Origin: Candidatus Woesebacteria bacterium RIFCSPHIGHO2_01_FULL_39_32
Lineage (GTDB): Bacteria; Patescibacteriota; Microgenomatia; UBA8517
DNA: 64,000 nucleotides
Assembly (NCBI GenBank): GCA_001792345.1
Contig: MGGJ01000001.1
Location: 153,710-217,709 of the forward strand
Reading direction: 5' to 3'
Below the pieces are notes generated by a model. The model made no database searches and was not told the origin of the DNA. It worked only from the letters and a program-made list of their open reading frames with translations. A program made the translations under genes and the position numbers. Below, in pieces: positions 8,788-18,748 of this stretch; position 1 is the first letter of the stretch, and every line of letters starts with the position of its first letter.

Positions 8788-8793
8788 TATAAT
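8788..8793 (+). promoter_or_regulatory. -10 box 7 nt upstream of ATG (probable leaderless promoter at the start of the glycan locus)
   Basis: TATAAT-atcttca-ATG, no SD. Confidence 0.55.
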
Positions 8794-8800
8794 ATCTTCA

Positions 8801-9943
8801 ATGATCAAAATAGCGATTGATTCTGGGCCGTTGAGTGACGGGCATGCTGTGAGGGGAATTGGTGTGATGGTTAGGGAACAGATAAATGCACTAAAGAACT
8901 TAAAAACTAAAGAACTAAAGAGAATAGTGATAGAAAATTTTGACTTTCAGAACGAAGATGGAAGAAAGAAATTAGAATCTGGAGAATATGACGTTGTTCA
9001 CTATCCATACTTTTTTCCATACGCACTTACTATGCCTGAAAAAAAGCAAGGAAAAAGGATGGTTGTGACAATTCAGGATTTGATCCATCTTGTTTACCCC
9101 AAACACTATCCACCAGGAATCAGGGGTAAGATTAATTTCTTTAAACAAAAAACCAGACTGAAAAATGTTGATGCTGTTATCACAATTTCTGAAACTTCTA
9201 AGAAAGATATAGTTAGATTTTTAGGAATCCCAGCTGAAAAAGTACATGTGGTTTATCTAGCACCGAAGAAAATATTTAGAAGATTGGAGATTAGTGATTC
9301 GAGATTGGCTGAAACAAAGAATAAATATAATTTACCAAATAAATTTGCTCTATACGTTGGAGATGTTAACTTCAATAAAAATATTCCCAATTTAATTAAA
9401 GCTTGTCGGGTCGCAAAAATACCTCTTGTTATTTGTGGAAAGCAAGCCCTGGAGATCGAAGAAAGAGGGGTTGATTTAAGAACCCTTCAAGGCCCCAGAG
9501 ATTGGGCGAGATTCTTGTTTAACATTCCACACCCAGAACTGGCTCATTACGAAGAATTGCTAACCGAATTTAAAAAAAGTAAAAGCGTTATTAGGACTGG
9601 TTTTGTACCCGATGAAGAACTTGCGAAGATATTTAACTTAGCGTCGGTTTATGTTCAGCCGTCTTTTTACGAGGGTTTCGGATTACCTGTATTGGAAGGA
9701 ATGGCAAGCGGCACTCCTGTTGTGGTTGCCCGTACGAACGCATTAACTGAAATTTCGCAAGATGCCGCATTGGTTGTTAATCCAAAAGATCCGAAGGATA
9801 TGGCGGAAAAAATAAATACTGCAATTAGAAATCTGGAGGTAAGATCTCGGCTTACCCAGAAGGGTCTGGCAAGAATAAAGGATTTTTCCTGGGAGAAGAC
9901 AGCAAGGGAAACGATAAAAATTTATAAAGAGATATGGGAATAA
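8801..9943 (+). CDS. GT4 (GT-B) glycosyltransferase, MtfB-like
   Basis: RGIG, TIQDLI, SETSKKDI, KNIPNLI, PSFYEGFGLPVLEGMASGTPV. Confidence 0.9.
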   Translation: MIKIAIDSGPLSDGHAVRGIGVMVREQINALKNLKTKELKRIVIENFDFQNEDGRKKLESGEYDVVHYPYFFPYALTMPEKKQGKRMVVTIQDLIHLVYPKHYPPGIRGKINFFKQKTRLKNVDAVITISETSKKDIVRFLGIPAEKVHVVYLAPKKIFRRLEISDSRLAETKNKYNLPNKFALYVGDVNFNKNIPNLIKACRVAKIPLVICGKQALEIEERGVDLRTLQGPRDWARFLFNIPHPELAHYEELLTEFKKSKSVIRTGFVPDEELAKIFNLASVYVQPSFYEGFGLPVLEGMASGTPVVVARTNALTEISQDAALVVNPKDPKDMAEKINTAIRNLEVRSRLTQKGLARIKDFSWEKTARETIKIYKEIWE

Positions 9944-11127
9944 AGAAAATACTTACTATGATTATTGCTTGGAGAATTTTACTTCTTGTTTTTCTTTTCT
10001 TAGCAATTCAGATTTTACCTCTTCAGTTAAACTTTCTGGGAGGAGGACTGGAAAATTATTTGGAAAAACCATTCTTCTGGGGCTGGGCAAATTATGATGG
10101 AGAACACTACATTTACATTGCAAGAAATGGTTATACACCATTAACTTATTTTTATTTCCCACTATATCCATTAACGATCCGATATCTGGTAAATTTAACC
10201 GACGGTAGTTTCTTATCCTATTTATACTCGGGACTCTTCGTTTCACACATTGCTTTTTTAAGTGGGTTGATTGGGTTGATAAGGGTGATAAGAATAGATT
10301 ATGACGAACGAATAGTTTGGTCTACGTTAACACTCCTTTTAGTGTTTCCAACATCCTTCTACTTCGGAAGTGTTTATACCGAAAGTTTATTCTTTGCATT
10401 ATCTATCTGGTCTTTTTATTTTGCGAGAAAAGGAAAGTGGGTTTTAGCTGGTGTATTAGGTGCGTTGTTGACTGCAACAAGATTGGTAGGGATCGCACTT
10501 TTTCCTGCACTCATTGTTGAGGCTCTTCAACAATGGAAAGAGGATAAAGTAAATCTTAGGTTAGCATTTGCTTCATCATTTGCTGTTTTGTTGGGGTTGA
10601 TTTTTCATGCTTTTGTACTAAATTCAAGGACGGGTGATCCGCTTAATTTTTTACATTCAGTAGGGATTTTTGGACCACAAAGAGCGAGAGCGTTTATTAA
10701 CCTTGCTCAAGTTTTTTACAGATATATTTTTAAAATAATTCCGAACATAGATTATTCCTACTTTCCTACGATGTTTACGACATGGATGGAATTTTTAGTC
10801 GCAATTTTGTTTGGGGGATTAGGGGTATTAGGGATATTTGGAGGATTAGCCCTTCGACTTCGCTCAGGGTCTTCGAGGAGTTTAATACTACCTAAAATAA
10901 GACCAAGCTACGTTGTTTACCTTGTAATTGGTTATATCATACCCACTTTATCTGGAAGTTTTTCTTCACTACCGAGGTATGTTTTGGTTCTTTTCCCCGG
11001 TTTCATTCTTGGTGCATTACTTATTGCAAAACTTCCTAAAATTATTCAGACAGGGATAATATTAGGATCATTTATATTATTGGCTTTAGCAACAATGTTA
11101 TTTGTTAGAGGGTACTGGGTATCCTAA
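9934..11127 (+). CDS. GT-C membrane glycosyltransferase (PIG-V/mannosyltransferase-like)
   Basis: WANYDGEHY..IA.NGY, YFPLYP, FPTSFYF..VYTESLF, TRLVG, SLPRY; polytopic. Confidence 0.8.
   Translation: MGIKKILTMIIAWRILLLVFLFLAIQILPLQLNFLGGGLENYLEKPFFWGWANYDGEHYIYIARNGYTPLTYFYFPLYPLTIRYLVNLTDGSFLSYLYSGLFVSHIAFLSGLIGLIRVIRIDYDERIVWSTLTLLLVFPTSFYFGSVYTESLFFALSIWSFYFARKGKWVLAGVLGALLTATRLVGIALFPALIVEALQQWKEDKVNLRLAFASSFAVLLGLIFHAFVLNSRTGDPLNFLHSVGIFGPQRARAFINLAQVFYRYIFKIIPNIDYSYFPTMFTTWMEFLVAILFGGLGVLGIFGGLALRLRSGSSRSLILPKIRPSYVVYLVIGYIIPTLSGSFSSLPRYVLVLFPGFILGALLIAKLPKIIQTGIILGSFILLALATMLFVRGYWVS
10849..10876. repeat. Miniature palindromic element inserted in frame (copy 1)
   Basis: gcccttcgacttcgctcagggtcttcga; related copy at 55210. 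Confidence 0.6.
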
Positions 11128-12396
11128 ATGAAAATTCCAAATTTAAAGACGTTCGGATTAAATCTCTTAAAACACCCACTTTTTTCGGGAAGTGCGATTA
11201 TGATTTTTGGATCTAACTTAGCAAATTTTGTTGCTTATTTATACCATCTTGTCATAGGACGACTCCTTGGTCCTGCGCCGTATGGTGAATTGTCTGCGGT
11301 TCTATCTGTACTTGGTCTTATTTTTGCATCACTCAATTTTCTTGGCCTAGTTATTGTTAAATTTGTTTCCTCGGCCAAGAAAGATGAACTAGTAAGTATT
11401 TACTCTTGGTTTACAAAAAAATCGGTAGTTGCAGGCCTAGGCTTGGCTTTATTGGTTTTGATACTAACTCCTTTTTTCAGTAATTTTCTACACATAAAAA
11501 CTACAACGTTTTTACTCACTGTGCCTATTTTATCTTTTAGCGTAGCTTCATTTGTATATAGATCTTTTTTGCAGGGTCTTCTGAAATTTAAAGAAGTTGT
11601 TATCGCGATAAACCTCGATTTTATATTCAGGTTGGCGCTTGGAGTTTTATTTATATCTTTAGGTTTTTCATCATTTGGTGCGGTTCTGGGAATGGTATTT
11701 TCGATGGGCTTATCCTTTTTATTCCTGAAATATTTTCTTAGAGAATATCACGCAATTGAAAAAGTAAAACCTTTCGGGAGGACAAAGGAGGTTCTAAAAT
11801 ATGCTACCCCCATATTTTTCGCAACTGTTGCGACAAACTCCATGTTTTCATCGGACGTAGTTTTGGTGAAACATTTCTTTAGCCCGCACGACGCAGGAAT
11901 TTATGCGTCCTTATCGACTTTAGGAAAAATAATTTTTTTTGGCGCAGGGCCCGTTGGTGCAGTAATGTTTCCAATGATTTCTAAACGGCATTCCATTGGT
12001 GCTGGATATAAAAAAATATTCTTATTAAGTCTACTTCTTACTTCGCTTATTGCTTTTGGGGTATTGTTGATTTATTGGCTAGCTCCTGAATTGTCGATAA
12101 AAATTCTTTACGGAAACGAGTTTATTGAAGGGGCACCTTATTTGGTATGGATAGGAGCCTTTATGACGCTTTTTACTCTTTCCTCCTTGGTTCTTAACTA
12201 TTTTCTTTCAAGAAATAAAACAACTGTTGCTATAACAGTTGTAATTTCTGCTCTAATTCAAATTATCGGAATTTGGCTATTCCACGAGACGATTTTAAGC
12301 GTATTAAAGGTTTCAATCGTCTCATCTTCCTTATTTTTGGCGTCTTTGTTACTATACTTTGCATATGAAGCGAAAAACGCAAGCAGCAGAAAATAG
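11128..12396 (+). CDS. Wzx/MOP-family oligosaccharide flippase
   Basis: About 12 TM; R.LGP..YG, D..LVK......AG.YA, MFP..S. Confidence 0.85.
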   Translation: MKIPNLKTFGLNLLKHPLFSGSAIMIFGSNLANFVAYLYHLVIGRLLGPAPYGELSAVLSVLGLIFASLNFLGLVIVKFVSSAKKDELVSIYSWFTKKSVVAGLGLALLVLILTPFFSNFLHIKTTTFLLTVPILSFSVASFVYRSFLQGLLKFKEVVIAINLDFIFRLALGVLFISLGFSSFGAVLGMVFSMGLSFLFLKYFLREYHAIEKVKPFGRTKEVLKYATPIFFATVATNSMFSSDVVLVKHFFSPHDAGIYASLSTLGKIIFFGAGPVGAVMFPMISKRHSIGAGYKKIFLLSLLLTSLIAFGVLLIYWLAPELSIKILYGNEFIEGAPYLVWIGAFMTLFTLSSLVLNYFLSRNKTTVAITVVISALIQIIGIWLFHETILSVLKVSIVSSSLFLASLLLYFAYEAKNASSRK

Positions 12397-13192
12397 AGAA
12401 AAACTTGTATCGGTTATCATCCCGGCCTACAAAGCCGAGAAGACTATTGAAAAAAGCTTAATTAAAACAAAGAAAGTTTTAGATGCTATACGTTATAACT
12501 ACGAAATAATTTGTATCGATGACGGGAATACCGACAAAACCCGAGTCAATGCTGAAAAAGTCGCAAAAAAATTTCCCGATAAAATTAAAATTGTTGGATA
12601 CCTTACCAATTTAGGTAAAGGACACGCTGTTCGATTCGGAATGGCTCAGGCGGAGGGCGATATAATTGGTTTTATTGATGCTGGTCTTGACGTTGATCCA
12701 AATGGAATATCCATGTTACTTGAACATTTTGAGTGGTATGGTGCAGACATAATTATTGGCTCTAAAAGACATCCCGCCTCAAAATTAGAATATTCCTGGC
12801 AAAGAAAAATTGTATCAATTGGATATCAGATATTGGTAAGAACCCTTTTTGGAGTTAAAGTGAGAGACACGCAGGTTGGTCTGAAATTCTTCAAGAGAGA
12901 AGTTTTAGAGAAGGTTCTTCCCAGAATTCTGGTTAAAGAGTTTGCTTTCGATATTGAAATTCTATCAGTTGCGTACTACCTTGGCTTTAAAAGGATTTTT
13001 GAGGCACCAGTTGAGTTGAAAATGGAATTTGGGGGCTCCACAATTATCAGTAAAGGATTTATTAGAACAGTTTTTAAAACGCTTTGGGATACAGTGGCAG
13101 TTTATTACAGACTTAGAATTCTTCACTATTATGATGATAAAAACAATAAAAATTGGATAACTCCCGATTATCTTACTCTCAAAAGTAAATGA
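12365..13192 (+). CDS. GT2, polyprenyl-phosphate glycosyl synthase-like (Alg5/DPM1)
   Basis: VIIPAYK, IDDG..D.T, NLGKG.AV..G, FIDA, GS.RH, DTQVGLK.F, FAFD.EIL. Confidence 0.85.
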   Translation: MKRKTQAAENREKLVSVIIPAYKAEKTIEKSLIKTKKVLDAIRYNYEIICIDDGNTDKTRVNAEKVAKKFPDKIKIVGYLTNLGKGHAVRFGMAQAEGDIIGFIDAGLDVDPNGISMLLEHFEWYGADIIIGSKRHPASKLEYSWQRKIVSIGYQILVRTLFGVKVRDTQVGLKFFKREVLEKVLPRILVKEFAFDIEILSVAYYLGFKRIFEAPVELKMEFGGSTIISKGFIRTVFKTLWDTVAVYYRLRILHYYDDKNNKNWITPDYLTLKSK

Positions 13193-15213
13193 AACAGTTT
13201 TCCATCCTCAGTTTCTTGATTTTCTTCATTTTATTATTTCCTGAAAAATGTTTTGCAGATGAGGATAATCAATTCATCACAATTGTAAATCCGGTTAGAA
13301 TATCACGTTACACTACTAATTCTTCTGAGAGTATTCTCTCTCAATATTCGGTGATAAAAGAATTAGATTTAGCAGCTACCTGGTTACTTACATATGATGT
13401 TTTAATTAATAATGGATCTGTTACGGCAATTAAGGATTTTGATGAAAATCAGGAAATCGGTCTTTTCCTGGAAATTTCTTCTGAATTTGCTGAGGAATCT
13501 GAGGTTATTTATAACGATACAGGGAGTTGGCACTATGCTCCTTCAGTTTTTCTCTCCGGGTACAAACAGGAAGAAAGGGTAAAACTAGTTGATACTCTTT
13601 TTGAGAAGTTTAAAGAAACATTTGGGCATTATCCAACCTCGGTCGGAGGGTGGTGGATCGATTCGTTCTCATTGGAATACATGAAGCAAAAATATGGAAT
13701 AACTGCAAATTTAGGACTTTCCGATCAGTTTTCAACAGACGGATATCAAGTTTGGGGAACATTTTGGTCAACCCCCTTTTATCCATCTAACTATCATGCA
13801 GGAATTCCTGCTGTTGAAGAATCAGTCAAACTTGATGTCGTGACTTTACAATGGGCGCCTCGGGATCCTTTAAATGGTTACTTCAATAGTTATTACAGCA
13901 CTCAAGATTATCTCCAAAATCCTGTGAATCAAGACACGTCGTACTTTGAAAAGTTAGTTCGCCTGTATGCCAAAAAGAATGAGAATGCATTTGGACAGAT
14001 TGTTGTCGGGCTAGAATCAGATTTATCTCCTGAGGCTTATAAAGGAGAATTTGCAAAACAGATGGAAGTTGTTAAGAGATTAGGAAATTCGGATGATCTA
14101 CAAGTTTTGACAATGAGTGAATTTAGTAATTGGTATAGGCTTACATTTCCTAATCTATCACCCACTCAAGTTGTGGAGACAGATGATCTTCTGGGAAAGC
14201 CTATAAAAGTAATTTGGTATCAAACGCCTAAGTTACGTATAGGATTAACTTATAACTACGAAACTTTCGAAACAAAAATCTTCGATTTCCGCGGTTATCA
14301 TTCAAATTTTCAAGAATCATATTATGTAACTCCGAACAAAGAGCGGGAACTTTCTATCTACATCCCTTCCTACTTTGATGAAATAAATAATACAGATGAT
14401 GTTTGGAGTATAAGTTTAGGAAAACTTACGGAAAGCAAAAGAAATGACCAAGAACTGAATATGGTTTTTACTAAGGGTGAAATAATTTTTGGTCGAGATA
14501 AATTCCTAATTAAAGGGTCAAATGAAGTGCCTAATATTTTGGCTAAAAATCCAAATCTCATGGTCCGTAAAAAATTAACCGGTATTGAAATTTCTCCTAA
14601 AGACGCTTGGGTTATTGATCGTAACGGATATGTTTTCAAAGATTTAACGGATATTGCTACAAGAGAACTGATGCGGAAAAGAACCCTCGGGTTGGTTTTG
14701 GTTTTTACGAGCCTTTTTCTTAGTTTGGGTTTTGGTGTAATTCTTTCAAAGATTTCTCAAAGAAAAAAACTCCTAGTCTTAAGCTTCATGATAATTCCAC
14801 CTACTTTATTTATCAACAATTGGTACCAGAAAAACACTATGAATTATTATGTAAGTCAGGCAGAAATTGACGCGCTTTTAAATCTTTCTACAAAACCACC
14901 AGGCAAAGTTCTTGTGTACGGAAGGGAATGTTTAGGTTGCGAATGGGCTACACCTCAAAAGCCAGCCGTTTTCTCGAACAAAAGAAGTTATGTTCAAAGA
15001 TGGGGAAAACACCCCATTGTTTATAATTCAAGCGTTTTTGAAGCCCAAAACCAGCAAGTCGCAAGGCGAAAATTTGATGAACTGAATGCATCTTACATTT
15101 ATATTACAAAATATGGGGATTATGTTGAAAAAGTACCTTTTTCCCCAGGAGACCTTAATATAGAAAAATTGTATGATAATGCTAACGCCGAAATCTGGAA
15201 GGTAAAAGAATGA
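13189..15213 (+). CDS. Exported, membrane-anchored protein with an N-terminal glycoside hydrolase/deacetylase-like barrel
   Basis: Signal peptide; TWLLTYD, EIGLFLE, F...FGHYP...GGW..D; two TM near the C-terminus followed by a soluble domain. Confidence 0.5.
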   Translation: MKQFSILSFLIFFILLFPEKCFADEDNQFITIVNPVRISRYTTNSSESILSQYSVIKELDLAATWLLTYDVLINNGSVTAIKDFDENQEIGLFLEISSEFAEESEVIYNDTGSWHYAPSVFLSGYKQEERVKLVDTLFEKFKETFGHYPTSVGGWWIDSFSLEYMKQKYGITANLGLSDQFSTDGYQVWGTFWSTPFYPSNYHAGIPAVEESVKLDVVTLQWAPRDPLNGYFNSYYSTQDYLQNPVNQDTSYFEKLVRLYAKKNENAFGQIVVGLESDLSPEAYKGEFAKQMEVVKRLGNSDDLQVLTMSEFSNWYRLTFPNLSPTQVVETDDLLGKPIKVIWYQTPKLRIGLTYNYETFETKIFDFRGYHSNFQESYYVTPNKERELSIYIPSYFDEINNTDDVWSISLGKLTESKRNDQELNMVFTKGEIIFGRDKFLIKGSNEVPNILAKNPNLMVRKKLTGIEISPKDAWVIDRNGYVFKDLTDIATRELMRKRTLGLVLVFTSLFLSLGFGVILSKISQRKKLLVLSFMIIPPTLFINNWYQKNTMNYYVSQAEIDALLNLSTKPPGKVLVYGRECLGCEWATPQKPAVFSNKRSYVQRWGKHPIVYNSSVFEAQNQQVARRKFDELNASYIYITKYGDYVEKVPFSPGDLNIEKLYDNANAEIWKVKE

Positions 15214-15668
15214 ATTTATTTTATTTTATTCCTAAAAATCTATTGCTTCATGAAGTTATTCACTTATTCGCCACTTTACCTTTTTTGTTTATCGTGTGGA
15301 AAAAAACTAAATCGATTAAATTAATAATTCTTACAATTTTTATTACAATTATTATCGATATTGACCACATTTTGGATTATTTTTTATATTACGGCTTTTC
15401 ATTAGATTTCATTAAGTTTCTAAAAGCCGATTATTTCAGTCAAAGTGGACACGCATATGTTCTTTTCCATGGGTGGGAGTGGTTAGCTCTACTTGTTATC
15501 ATTAATATGAAAAGTATGGTCAATATTAAAAAAAAATGGAAAACTTTTTGGTTTATACTACTTTTTGCGTATACACCCCATCTTATTTTAGACTCATTGA
15601 ACGTCGGAAGTTTCTTATTTTATTCAATCCTGTATAGACTATTCCATAGCTTTACCTATCTAGTATGA
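15210..15668 (+). CDS. Small membrane protein, YdjM-like metal-dependent hydrolase family
   Basis: HE..H, IDIDH, LFHGWE, HLILD in a hydrophobic 152-aa protein. Confidence 0.55.
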   Translation: MNLFYFIPKNLLLHEVIHLFATLPFLFIVWKKTKSIKLIILTIFITIIIDIDHILDYFLYYGFSLDFIKFLKADYFSQSGHAYVLFHGWEWLALLVIINMKSMVNIKKKWKTFWFILLFAYTPHLILDSLNVGSFLFYSILYRLFHSFTYLV

Positions 15669-16783
15669 ATATTTTGATTTTATCCTGGCGTGGCCCAGGG
15701 CATCCAAATGCCGGAGGTGCGGAACAAGTTACCTTGGAACACGCAAAGGGCTGGGTGAAAGCAGGGCATGAAGTTACTTTATTTACATCAAACTATGTTG
15801 GTGCAAAATCTGAAGAAACAGATGGTGGGGTAAAGATAAAAAGGTCGGGCGACCAATTTTTTGGCGTAAAACTTAGGGCTGCGCTTTGGTACTTAGTTGG
15901 TAAACACCCTAAATTTGATTTGATAGTAGATGAGTTTCATGGGATACCCTTCTTTACTCCTTTGTATACCAGGGCGAGGAAACTTGCATTAATTCACGAA
16001 GTAGCGGGTGAAGTGTGGAAATATAACCCTTGGCCAAAGCCCTTCAACTTAATTCCGGCATTTTCTGGAACTTTCTTTGAACACTGGATCTTTCGGATAT
16101 TTTACAGAAAAATTCCTTTTATGACTGTTTCAAATTCAACTAGGAACGATTTGGTTGGCTGGGGAGTCAAGAAAGAGAATATAACAGTAATCCAAAATGG
16201 GATAAAACTGTTCTTACCAAAAAAATTACCGCCCAAAGAGAGTAAAAGTACCGCAATGTATTTGGGTGCAATTAGTCTGGATAAAGGCACATTTGATGCA
16301 GTTCGTGCCTTTGGAGAGATTGAAAGGAAAGATGATACCTGGCAATATTGGTTAGTGGGATTTGGAACTAAGGAGCACGTTGATAAGCTTAAAAAATTGT
16401 CAACCGATCTGGGGATTTCCGAAAAAGTCAAATTTTGGGGATATGTAACAGACCGTAAGAAGTTTGAACTTTTGGCTCTCGCGCATATCCTGATTAATCC
16501 TTCAGTTCATGAAGGCTGGAGTCTCGTAAATATTGAAGCAAATAGCGTAGGAACACCAGTCATTGGCTACAACGTTCATGGTCTTAGGGACTCTGTGAAG
16601 CCTGAAAAGACAGGCATTCTTGTTCAAAAGGGAAATTTCCATGCAATAGCCGAGGAATCGCTTAAACTTATGAGGGAGAAAGAAAGATATGAAAGATTAC
16701 AAAATAATGCCAAAAAGTGGAGCAAAAAATTCACTTGGGAAAAAGCAAGAAGAGAAAGTCTTGAATTAATAGAATCACTTTGA
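15665..16783 (+). CDS. GT4 glycosyltransferase
   Basis: HPNAGGAE, GHEV, TVS.ST, KG, PS..EGW..VNIEA...GTPV. Confidence 0.9.
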   Translation: MNILILSWRGPGHPNAGGAEQVTLEHAKGWVKAGHEVTLFTSNYVGAKSEETDGGVKIKRSGDQFFGVKLRAALWYLVGKHPKFDLIVDEFHGIPFFTPLYTRARKLALIHEVAGEVWKYNPWPKPFNLIPAFSGTFFEHWIFRIFYRKIPFMTVSNSTRNDLVGWGVKKENITVIQNGIKLFLPKKLPPKESKSTAMYLGAISLDKGTFDAVRAFGEIERKDDTWQYWLVGFGTKEHVDKLKKLSTDLGISEKVKFWGYVTDRKKFELLALAHILINPSVHEGWSLVNIEANSVGTPVIGYNVHGLRDSVKPEKTGILVQKGNFHAIAEESLKLMREKERYERLQNNAKKWSKKFTWEKARRESLELIESL

Positions 16784-17779
16784 AGACTTATTTTTTTCTT
16801 GCCATTCTTTCGTCCAGATAATAGTTCTTTTTATACCTTCTTCTACAGGTATCTTTGGGCTATAATTAAGAAGTTTTCGCGCTTGTGTAATATCTGCAAT
16901 GTAATGGGTTACTTCCCCAACACGCTTTGACAGTTCAACTGAAATTCTTGGTTTTATATTCAAGTTCTTAGCAATAAGCCTAGCAATTTTCAGTAAACTA
17001 TTCCCAGTCCCGTATGCTAAGTTGATAGTTTCATTTTCAACACTTCCTTCTAGTAATTTCTTAATCCCAACCATAATGCCGTCAACACAGTCGTCGATAT
17101 ATGTAAAATCAAGAATTTTTTTCCTGCCGAATATTGTCACACCTTTATTATTTATCATTTTATTAATGAAAAGTGGAATTACACGTTCCATTCTTTCCAA
17201 ATCGTTATCGTATCTACCGTAAACATTTGAAAAACGAAAAACTAAGTATTTTAATCCATAACATCGTGCATACGAATAAATAAGGGCTTCGCCAGCGATT
17301 TTACTAGCTGAATATGGACTTTCTGTAAACGAGAAATGTGCCTCATTTTCGTTTGTAATGTAGTGATGAATATCTCCGTATACTTCGCGAGATGATGAAA
17401 AAATTATTGGAAGATTGTTATATCGACAATATTCCAAAACATTAAAGGTTATATTAATATTTTCCAAGGCACGATGCGGTTCTCTAACCAAGTCGTGCAC
17501 CTTTGCATTGGCGGCTAGATGTACCACAAGGTTGCATTTTGGATAAGGAGCCAATCCAATTCCACCCGTGAAGTTATGCTGAAAAGCTGCTAAATCCTGC
17601 AAAAGGGTCGGGAATTTATCAGTCCAATTATTTGGTCTTACGTCTACTCCAAAAACATCGTAACCTTCTGAAAGCAATTTCAAGGCAAGATTCGTTCCGA
17701 TTTGTCCACTCGAGCCCGTAATTAAAATACGATACTCCTTTTTGCTTATACTTATTTTTCTTGGACTTTGAATTTCCAT
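16775..17779 (-). CDS. NAD-dependent nucleotide-sugar epimerase/dehydratase (extended SDR)
   Basis: TGSSGQIG, HLAA, SSSREVYG, YSASK, RFSNVYG, DFTYIDD. Confidence 0.9.
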   Translation of the reverse strand: MEIQSPRKISISKKEYRILITGSSGQIGTNLALKLLSEGYDVFGVDVRPNNWTDKFPTLLQDLAAFQHNFTGGIGLAPYPKCNLVVHLAANAKVHDLVREPHRALENINITFNVLEYCRYNNLPIIFSSSREVYGDIHHYITNENEAHFSFTESPYSASKIAGEALIYSYARCYGLKYLVFRFSNVYGRYDNDLERMERVIPLFINKMINNKGVTIFGRKKILDFTYIDDCVDGIMVGIKKLLEGSVENETINLAYGTGNSLLKIARLIAKNLNIKPRISVELSKRVGEVTHYIADITQARKLLNYSPKIPVEEGIKRTIIWTKEWQEKNKSSK

Positions 17780-17786
17780 TTAGAGG

Positions 17787-18635
17787 TTAATATTTCTCTA
17801 CCTTATGTTCGGTTAGATGCTGCTCTTTAAGAATTCTTCGGTTTGCCGATCGTGTTGCTTTAATTAACTCCGCCGGAACCCGCAGTGTATCACAGAATTC
17901 AATGTAACTATTTACATCTTTTGGGAAACAGGGACCACCATAACCACGTTTATCGTTATGAAATATAGTCATGTATCGAAGTATCCCAGGCCCGATAAAT
18001 TCTGAAGCGGCAAATCCATCCCGTACATTTTCATAATTACCTTTAAGTTTTTTGCAAACCTCATATAAATGATTGGCATAAATAATTCTTATTGCACCGA
18101 AGACATTATGGGCGTATTTGATAAGTTCTGCATCTGATGCTTTTACAATTTTTTGATATTTTCCCTTAGGAAGTATAGACATTATCTCTTGTGTCTTCGG
18201 CTTAGATCTACTGGTATATCCCAAGATTTGCCTATCTGGTATTTCAAAATCAGCTCTTGCAGTTTTTCGAGATAAAAATTCTGGGTTAAAAAGTATATAT
18301 AGCTTGGAATACTTTTTTTGTAATTTTTCTGTAAATCCTGGCCAAACTGTACTTTTTAATACCACAATTTTGTTAGGTGCAACTTTTTTAACAACCTCAT
18401 TTACGATTGTAAAGTTTGCCTTTTTCTTAGCAAAGTCATAGGGAGTTGGAACACAAACAAAGATAATGTCACATTTGTCATTAATTTCTTCCCAAGTACT
18501 TTCTGGAAAACCACTCTTATGATTTGTTGAAATTCCATAGACAGGATATTTATGTCTTTTATAATACGAGTAGGCCTCGGAGCCAACCATTCCTGTGTGT
18601 CCGATAACACCAATTGTTTGGGTTTCGATGAGCAT
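17787..18635 (-). CDS. UDP-glucose/GDP-mannose dehydrogenase family, short form
   Basis: FVCVPTP, KSTV.PG, NPEFL, AELIKY..N, GYGGPCFPKD. Confidence 0.85.
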   Translation of the reverse strand: MLIETQTIGVIGHTGMVGSEAYSYYKRHKYPVYGISTNHKSGFPESTWEEINDKCDIIFVCVPTPYDFAKKKANFTIVNEVVKKVAPNKIVVLKSTVWPGFTEKLQKKYSKLYILFNPEFLSRKTARADFEIPDRQILGYTSRSKPKTQEIMSILPKGKYQKIVKASDAELIKYAHNVFGAIRIIYANHLYEVCKKLKGNYENVRDGFAASEFIGPGILRYMTIFHNDKRGYGGPCFPKDVNSYIEFCDTLRVPAELIKATRSANRRILKEQHLTEHKVEKY

Positions 18636-18748
18636 AATATACCGAATTCAATTTTAGATATTAACCTAACTGCTAGATAAAATAAAGTGTTGAATAACGA
18701 TTGTGTAAAATCACCATTTAGAGATTAGTGCTACCATAGTATAAATGT

